Below, piece by piece: positions 56,009-64,000 of a DNA stretch of 64,000 nt; position 1 is the first letter of the stretch, and each line of letters opens with the position of its first letter. Where the stretch lies: assembly GCA_963827275.1 (NCBI GenBank), contig CAWHAA010000004.1, forward strand, positions 512,001 through 576,000. Reading direction: 5' to 3'. The notes below the pieces were generated by a model that was not told the origin of the DNA, did no database searches, and worked only from the letters and a program-made list of their open reading frames with translations. This DNA is from an uncultured Spirochaetota bacterium (lineage in GTDB: Bacteria; Spirochaetota; UBA4802; UBA5550). Position numbers and translations under genes: made by a program.

Positions 56009-58213
56009 ATGAAGAGCAGGGAAATGTTACGCAGCATGTCGGCAGTATTCAGGCGCGCGGTCTCGCGGGTGCGCGCGGGCGGGAAGGACACGGGGCCGGA
56101 GCGCACCCGCGCCATACAGCTCGGCCTCACCATCGTCATAATAATCCTCATCAACCTCGCGGGCCTGACGCTGAATTTCCGGTGCGACCTCACGAGGAAC
56201 GATACCTACTCCCTTTCGGACCGGAGCAAGGAGATCGTGTCGTCGCTGAAGGAGAACCTCAAGGTCAAGGTGCTTTTTTCAAAGGACCTCCCGGCCCAGC
56301 ACATGTCGATTTACCGCTACCTCATCGACATGCTCGAGGAGTACGATTATTACGCGAACGAGTATTTCAGCTACGAGGTCGTCGGCGAGAAGGAGCTGGA
56401 AAAGCAGGCCGCCGATTACGGGATACGGCCGGTGCAGAGCCAGGAGTTCGACAACGACCAGGTCAAGGTCCGCCGCACCTACATGGCGCTCGTGATCCAG
56501 CAGTCGGACGTGGTCGAGAAGATCGTGGCGATCACCGACCCGACCGGCCTCGAATACAATATAACCTCCCTCATGCAGAAGATGTCAGGCAAGATAGACG
56601 GGCTCCTTCGCCTCGAAAAGCCGATCCAGGTGCTGTTCTTCATGGATTCGGCGCTGAAGGCGCTCCCGATTGACGGCATCGATACGCTCGGCGACAGGGT
56701 CGGGGAGGCGGTGGCGAAATGCAACACGGCCAATTACGACAAGCTCCGCCTCCAGGTGATCGACCCGTCCGCCGACAAGGACGCGGCCGCTTCGGCCGGC
56801 CGGTACGGCGTCGCCAGGCTGAACTGGAAGGCCGGCACGGACCGTACCGGAAGGTTTATCCCCGCGGGCGAGGCCTACCTGGGGATCGTCCTCAGGAGCG
56901 GGGACAAGGCCGAGCGCATAGAGCTTTCCGTCGCGCCGACGCTCATGGGGAAAAACGTGATCACCGGCCTGGACAAGCTCCAGGACCGCATCAATGACGC
57001 GGTCGGGAACCTGGTGAGCGCAAATCCGCGGATCGGCTACAGCACGGGCCACGGCGAGGTGGACCTGAACGACCAGCAGTCGCCCCAGGGCGGCGCGCTG
57101 CTGAAACAGGTACTCTCGGACGTGTACGAGATCCGCGAGGTTGACCTGACGAAGGAAGACATCCCCGCGGACCTCGGCCTCCTGATCGTTAACGGCCCCC
57201 GCAAGGAGTTTACCGAACAGGAGCTCTACCGCATCGACCAGTTCCTCATGAAGGGCAAGGGCGTCATCTTTTTCCTTGATTCTTTCAACGAGATCAACAT
57301 GGGCCGGCAGAACATGTTCGGCGGCCAGCCGATGGTGCTGCCGGTGAACACCGGGCTCGACCCGCTTCTCGGATTTTACGGGGTCTCGGTGGACAAGAAC
57401 ATCGTCATGGACGCCAGCTGCGCCAGGGCCCCCGTGGCCGGGGCGGTCAAGGACATATACTACGTTCCCATCATCAGGAAGGCCGGCTTTGACCAGGACA
57501 GCGTCATAACCAGGTTCCTCAGGGGCATGGTCTTTATCAAGGCGTCGTCGGTCAGGGCCGACGACGCGAAGATAAAGGAGCGGAAGCTCGCGAGTGTCGA
57601 CCTCGTGGCGACATCCGACGAAAGCTGGCAGATGACGGGACAGATAAACTTCAACCCGTTATTAATGATCCCGCCGGAGAACAAAAACGAGATGAAGAAG
57701 CAGGTGCTGGCGCTCCTCCTTTCCGGCAGGTTTGAGAGCTATTTCAAGGGGAAGGAGGCGCCCCGTCCCCCTGATGCCGGCGGCGCCGCGCCAAAGGAGA
57801 CCTTCTCCGTCGGCAAGATGGACGCTACCGTGCCATCGGCAACCTCCCGCATCATCCTGGTGGGGACCTCCGAGATCACGCGGTCCGGCTTCCTGATGAA
57901 CTCGAGGCGGATCCTCTCGAGCGCCATGGGAACGGGCGAGGAGCAGGACAGGGTGTTCTCCAACGGCTTTTTCATACACAGCATGGCTGACTACCTCCTC
58001 GGGAATTCCTTTGTCCCGGAGATGAGCAGCAAGAGCCTGGACTACAACCCGATCGACAAGACCGGCGACACGACAAAGATAATCTTAAAAAGCCTGAATA
58101 TAGCGGGCGTGCCCCTCTTCGTCATCCTGGCCGGTCTCCTGATATGGAAACAGCGGTCACGGCGCAGGAAGGGCATCCAGGAGCAATTTGCTGCGGAGGC
58201 GCGGCATGAATAA
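56009..58213 (+). CDS. GldG-family ABC transporter auxiliary protein
   Basis: DLTRNDTYSLS, LEYNIT, GHGE, IDQFLMKG and a C-terminal TM helix. Confidence 0.85.
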   Translation: MKSREMLRSMSAVFRRAVSRVRAGGKDTGPERTRAIQLGLTIVIIILINLAGLTLNFRCDLTRNDTYSLSDRSKEIVSSLKENLKVKVLFSKDLPAQHMSIYRYLIDMLEEYDYYANEYFSYEVVGEKELEKQAADYGIRPVQSQEFDNDQVKVRRTYMALVIQQSDVVEKIVAITDPTGLEYNITSLMQKMSGKIDGLLRLEKPIQVLFFMDSALKALPIDGIDTLGDRVGEAVAKCNTANYDKLRLQVIDPSADKDAAASAGRYGVARLNWKAGTDRTGRFIPAGEAYLGIVLRSGDKAERIELSVAPTLMGKNVITGLDKLQDRINDAVGNLVSANPRIGYSTGHGEVDLNDQQSPQGGALLKQVLSDVYEIREVDLTKEDIPADLGLLIVNGPRKEFTEQELYRIDQFLMKGKGVIFFLDSFNEINMGRQNMFGGQPMVLPVNTGLDPLLGFYGVSVDKNIVMDASCARAPVAGAVKDIYYVPIIRKAGFDQDSVITRFLRGMVFIKASSVRADDAKIKERKLASVDLVATSDESWQMTGQINFNPLLMIPPENKNEMKKQVLALLLSGRFESYFKGKEAPRPPDAGGAAPKETFSVGKMDATVPSATSRIILVGTSEITRSGFLMNSRRILSSAMGTGEEQDRVFSNGFFIHSMADYLLGNSFVPEMSSKSLDYNPIDKTGDTTKIILKSLNIAGVPLFVILAGLLIWKQRSRRRKGIQEQFAAEARHE

Positions 58214-59153
58214 AAAAATCGCGATCAGCATATCAATCATCGGGGTCCTGCTCCTCTACCTGATTGCAAGCAACATCAGGCGCTCCGGCGGCGTCCCGGA
58301 CCTGCCGAAGCTGGAGGGGAGCGCAGACGAGATCATCGTAACCGGCGGCAGCGGCGTTGTGACCCTCGTCAAAAAGGACGGCAGATGGGCCACGGGCGAA
58401 AGCGGCTTCCCGGCGGACGCGAAGAAGGTCGGGGATATCGAGAAGCTGTTCGGCGATATCCGTATAACCGACCTGATCTCATCAAAGGGCTATTACGCGC
58501 GGTACGACCTGACCCCGGACAAGTACGGCGAGGTCATTATCAAGAGCAAGGGCGTTGTAGTGAGGAAATTCAAGATCGGGAAAAAGAGCCCCACGAACCG
58601 CCACACCTTCATCCGCATCGGCGACCAGCCTGAGGTATACCTTGCCGAGGGCACGTTTGACCCCGTCATGAACAAGACCGTGGACGATTTCAGGGAGCGT
58701 GAGATGCTGAAGATCGCGCCCGATACCGTTTCGGAGTTGACCGTCGAGCACCGGGGCATGACCTTTGCGTTTTACCGGGCGGCCGGTAAAACGACCGCGG
58801 ACAAGAAAGAGGCGGACAATAAAGCGAAACCGGCCGCGTGGGGGAGCTGGTCGTGCCGGGGCTATGAGGGCGTCCGGCTTGACGAGGCCAGGGTGAACGC
58901 CCTTGTCAGCGCGCTGAATCCGCTCAGGGCCACGTCATTCCCGGACATGCAGAACGAACCGATGCCCCCGAAGATGTGCACCGTGAAGGTGAAGGCCCGT
59001 GAGAGGGAGGCCGTGCTTACCGTGCACAGGAAGGGCGACGCGTATATCGCCACCACGTCGGAGAGCCCCTACGTGTTCGGCGTGGAGAAGTGGAGCGTTG
59101 AAAAGTTTTTCGTCACCGGGATCGATGCGTTCAGGGCCCCGGGCAAGCAATAA
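58206..59153 (+). CDS. DUF4340-like protein of Gld-type ABC operons
   Basis: N-terminal TM, FPAD, YDL, IGK...T...TFIR and DDFRER. ATG overlaps the GldG stop. Confidence 0.7.
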   Translation: MNKKIAISISIIGVLLLYLIASNIRRSGGVPDLPKLEGSADEIIVTGGSGVVTLVKKDGRWATGESGFPADAKKVGDIEKLFGDIRITDLISSKGYYARYDLTPDKYGEVIIKSKGVVVRKFKIGKKSPTNRHTFIRIGDQPEVYLAEGTFDPVMNKTVDDFREREMLKIAPDTVSELTVEHRGMTFAFYRAAGKTTADKKEADNKAKPAAWGSWSCRGYEGVRLDEARVNALVSALNPLRATSFPDMQNEPMPPKMCTVKVKAREREAVLTVHRKGDAYIATTSESPYVFGVEKWSVEKFFVTGIDAFRAPGKQ

Positions 59154-59299
59154 CCGGGCCTCCCGGGATTAAAAAAACCGGTTTCCTGAATGTAATTGAC
59201 AGAAGATCAAACCGGCTATCTGGTAGATATGACCGCGGGCGGAGCGTCTCCCCGGTCCACGCGCCGGCAGCAGGCACTCTATAAAAAGGTCACAGGCTG

Positions 59300-61706
<2,407 letters not shown>

Positions 61707-61731
61707 CGCGCCCCGGCCGCCCCGCGGGGGC

Positions 61732-62046
61732 TCAGGAATAGTGAACCGCCAGCCAGACCGTCATGGTGTCAGGGTCCGTCCATGTGACCCTGTGTTTTGT
61801 GCGAGAAGGAATGTTCAGATAATCGCCCTTTTGCAGAGTAAATTTTTCCCCGCTTTCGAAAATAATCCTGCCCGACCCTTCGAGCACAATGACCCACTCG
61901 TGTTCCTCCTGGTCGTACCAGCCCTGTTCCGGCGAGGCGTGTCCCCTGGAAATAATTCGTTCAATCCTGATGTTTTTGAGACTGAGCAGCTCATCGAAGG
62001 ATTCGTGCGCCGGGTCGGCGGGTAATGAAGAAAATATGTTGGCCAT
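61732..62046 (-). CDS. Small cupin-domain protein
   Basis: RIERIISRGH.SP..GWYDQ..HEWV, HRVTWT and TVWLAVHY. Confidence 0.85.
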   Translation of the reverse strand: MANIFSSLPADPAHESFDELLSLKNIRIERIISRGHASPEQGWYDQEEHEWVIVLEGSGRIIFESGEKFTLQKGDYLNIPSRTKHRVTWTDPDTMTVWLAVHYS

Positions 62047-62167
62047 GATTTTTGTCCCGTAGCAGAAATGTTGGCTCGGGATCCGAGCCTATATGTCAGT
62101 CTCGTCCCCGGCAACCATTTAATATACATGTCGCAAAATAACGAATGTATGACATTTATTGTCAAGA

Positions 62168-62292
62168 CCCCCCCCGTCCCCCGTAGGGGGCGTGTGATAA
62201 TCCGCCAGCAAAATTCAGAAGATTTTAATATTTAACCAAATTGAATCAGTAAAAAAATCTGTGAATCGTGCCCCCTGCGGGGGACAGGGGGG
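62168..62292. repeat. Inverted REP-like doublet (REPIN/MITE-like)
   Basis: ccccccgtcccccgtagggggc and gccccctgcgggggacagggggg are near-perfect inverted copies around an AT-rich ~78-bp spacer. Confidence 0.75.
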
Positions 62293-62380
62293 AATTCCTG
62301 TGGGAATGTTCGTTAGAAGAGCGTGGTTATTTCATGGGCACGTGACCGCCGCCGCGCTTGAGCGGCCCGGAGAGGGGAGC

Positions 62381-62416
62381 GCGAAGGGGAGAGGCCGGGA
62401 AGGCCTTTCCCCTCGC
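62381..62416. repeat. Strong GC-rich hairpin (REP-like or terminator-like)
   Basis: gcga(a)ggggagaggcc-gggaa-ggcctttcccctcgc. Confidence 0.45.
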
Positions 62417-62562
62417 ATGAATTACTCAGCCCCGTCCCAGCAATAGGTGCAGATCTTTTCTTTCGGAAGCCCGATGGCCTGGATGAGATTGACAACTGTT
62501 AGGCTTATATCACTTAGAAGTATGCCATGTGAAAAATAATTATTAAGTAAAATAAAACCCCA

Positions 62563-62614
62563 TTTTTATACATATTCCTCTTGACATGTATAAAAAAAGC
62601 CGTTTTCTATACAT
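62563..62614. promoter_or_regulatory. Triple inverted ATGTATA(A/G)AAA operator-like sites over the fic promoter
   Basis: tttttatacat at 62563, atgtataaaaa at 62586 and ttttctatacat at 62603, around TTGACA at 62581. Confidence 0.55.
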
Positions 62615-62633
62615 ATTATGGAATGAGGAATGT

Positions 62634-63710
62634 ATGGCATTTATTCTCAAACCCCTACCCCCCATTATTGATCTTGAAACAAAACCTATATTAAAAAAGG
62701 CCGCATCTGCTCATCGTTTTCTGGCAGAACTAAAAGGCGTATCGGGTACAATACCGAACCAGGGTATTCTCATTAATACACTATCACTGCAGGAGGCAAA
62801 GGATAGCTCCGCCATTGAGAATATTGTAACGACAAATGACGATCTCTATCGTGAAGAGCTTTTTCCTGATTATGCTATAAATGCTTCGGCGAAAGAGGTG
62901 CGAAATTATGTCATAGCCCTGAAAACCGGATATAATCTTGTTCGGGAAAACGGCCTTCTTACCGCGAATTATATTGAGACAATACAGGCGGCTCTTGAAA
63001 AGAACCGTGCGGGATTACGTAAACTCCCCGGTACGGACCTCAAGAACGATCTTACCGGCGAGGTTGTTTATACTCCGCCTCAGGACCTCGCGTCAATCGT
63101 TTCTCTCATGACGAATCTTGAGCGATTCATAAACGATGACAGTTCCTATGACGCCGATCCGCTTGTGAAGATGGCGATGATTCACTATCAGTTCGAGAGC
63201 ATACATCCCTTCTATGACGCGAACGGAAGAACGGGGCGCATTATAAACGTACTCTACCTTGTGCTGAAAGGACTCCTTGATATTCCCGTCCTGTATCTGA
63301 GCAGATATATTATCCGCAGCAAGAATGAATATTACGGACTTCTCCAGAAGGTGCGTGACGAGTCGGCATGGGAACAATGGGTCCTGTATATACTCACCGG
63401 TATTGAAAATACGGCCAGGCAAACTATCGCAACCATACAGGATATTAGAGAAGCATTGATGGACTACAAGCATCGGATACGAAATACCCATAAATTCTAC
63501 AGCCAGGACCTGATAAATAATCTTTTCTTTCATCCGTATACAAAGATTGAATTCATTGAGCATGATTTAAAGGTGAGCCGCCTTACCGCTGCAAAGTATC
63601 TCGACATGCTTGCCGAAGACGGTTTTTTGAGGAAAGAGAAAATCGGGAGATCCAACTACTATATAAATACATCCCTTTACTCTATTCTTACCAGAGAGTA
63701 TGAAATATAA
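62634..63710 (+). CDS. Fic-family protein (class II-like, with inhibitory helix and C-terminal HTH)
   Basis: SSAIEN inhibitory motif, Fic motif HPFYDANGRTGR and a C-terminal wHTH-like segment. Confidence 0.92.
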   Translation: MAFILKPLPPIIDLETKPILKKAASAHRFLAELKGVSGTIPNQGILINTLSLQEAKDSSAIENIVTTNDDLYREELFPDYAINASAKEVRNYVIALKTGYNLVRENGLLTANYIETIQAALEKNRAGLRKLPGTDLKNDLTGEVVYTPPQDLASIVSLMTNLERFINDDSSYDADPLVKMAMIHYQFESIHPFYDANGRTGRIINVLYLVLKGLLDIPVLYLSRYIIRSKNEYYGLLQKVRDESAWEQWVLYILTGIENTARQTIATIQDIREALMDYKHRIRNTHKFYSQDLINNLFFHPYTKIEFIEHDLKVSRLTAAKYLDMLAEDGFLRKEKIGRSNYYINTSLYSILTREYEI

Positions 63711-63806
63711 TAATGGGTCTTTCGTATAACAGGCCGTTTATTTCTTGCCATATTTTATCCGTGTAATAAATTATTGATTGCTGTACGTCGTTGCGGGGGG
63801 ATTGCC

Positions 63807-64000
63807 ATGTTTTCATTTGATGAGGCGAAGTCGAGAATTTCCGGGCTGGTCGATGATTTTGACAGAAAGATTGATATCATAAAGAAAGGCGGCGCCTACA
63901 AGGAGGCGAATGTCGAGGACGAGTACATCAAGCCGCTGTTCAAATACCTCAACTGGAACATTTCAAATGAGGGGATACGCAATATCGCCGAGAGGGAATT
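63807..64000 (+). CDS. Probable restriction(-modification) enzyme N-terminus, 3' truncated
   Basis: Hand translation MFSFDEAKSRISGLVDDF...YKEANVEDEYIKPLFKYLNWNI resembles the start of type IIG/HsdR-N nuclease domains. Only 64 codons are visible. Confidence 0.5.
   Translation, partial: MFSFDEAKSRISGLVDDFDRKIDIIKKGGAYKEANVEDEYIKPLFKYLNWNISNEGIRNIAERE

Noticed and set aside
55235..56110. Similar N-terminal extensions on the GldF-like and GldG-like proteins (ARVRTG vs SRVRAG)
   Set aside because: The similarity is too short and the start codons are uncertain, so it cannot be distinguished from chance.

Overview
64-kb stretch of a GC-rich, probably anaerobic bacterial chromosome. The FecR protein, 7TM-DISM and Cache MCPs and Gld-like ABC operon suggest a free-living spirochaete, but that is inference only. 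About 45 CDS: GT4 glycosyltransferase, nitrilase, a RAYT-like HUH (Y1) transposase, ECF sigma, TetR-icmF, sulfatase/LTA-synthase family protein, two MCPs, a lipid-anchored c3-type cytochrome, a Vor-type 2-oxoacid:ferredoxin oxidoreductase operon, a K+ transport cassette, a GntR-glpD-DUF362-alkyl-DHAP-synthase-like-FGGY operon, an SNF2 helicase, two MBOAT acyltransferase pairs, papain protease plus chagasin, HD-GYP/PilZ, mutS2, a Gld-like ABC operon, lon, Fic and the start of a probable restriction enzyme. No rRNA, tRNA or CRISPR was seen. The strongest unexplained signal is a non-palindromic motif, TT(A/G)CTCTGAC(C/A)CC, with about 15 copies all in the first 23.6 kb around the RAYT gene. It flanks the RAYT and forms perfect 16-bp inward-facing pairs around lower-GC segments. 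It sits in frame inside three genes, supplying one stop codon. It also combines with a CCGATAGTTATCGG hairpin into ~50-bp direct repeats bracketing a 5.2-kb K+ transport cassette. Other notable points: a second, in-frame copy of the sigma factor C-terminus right behind the ECF sigma stop codon, a candidate anti-SD sRNA, and single-base frameshifts in lon and the ABC ATPase.
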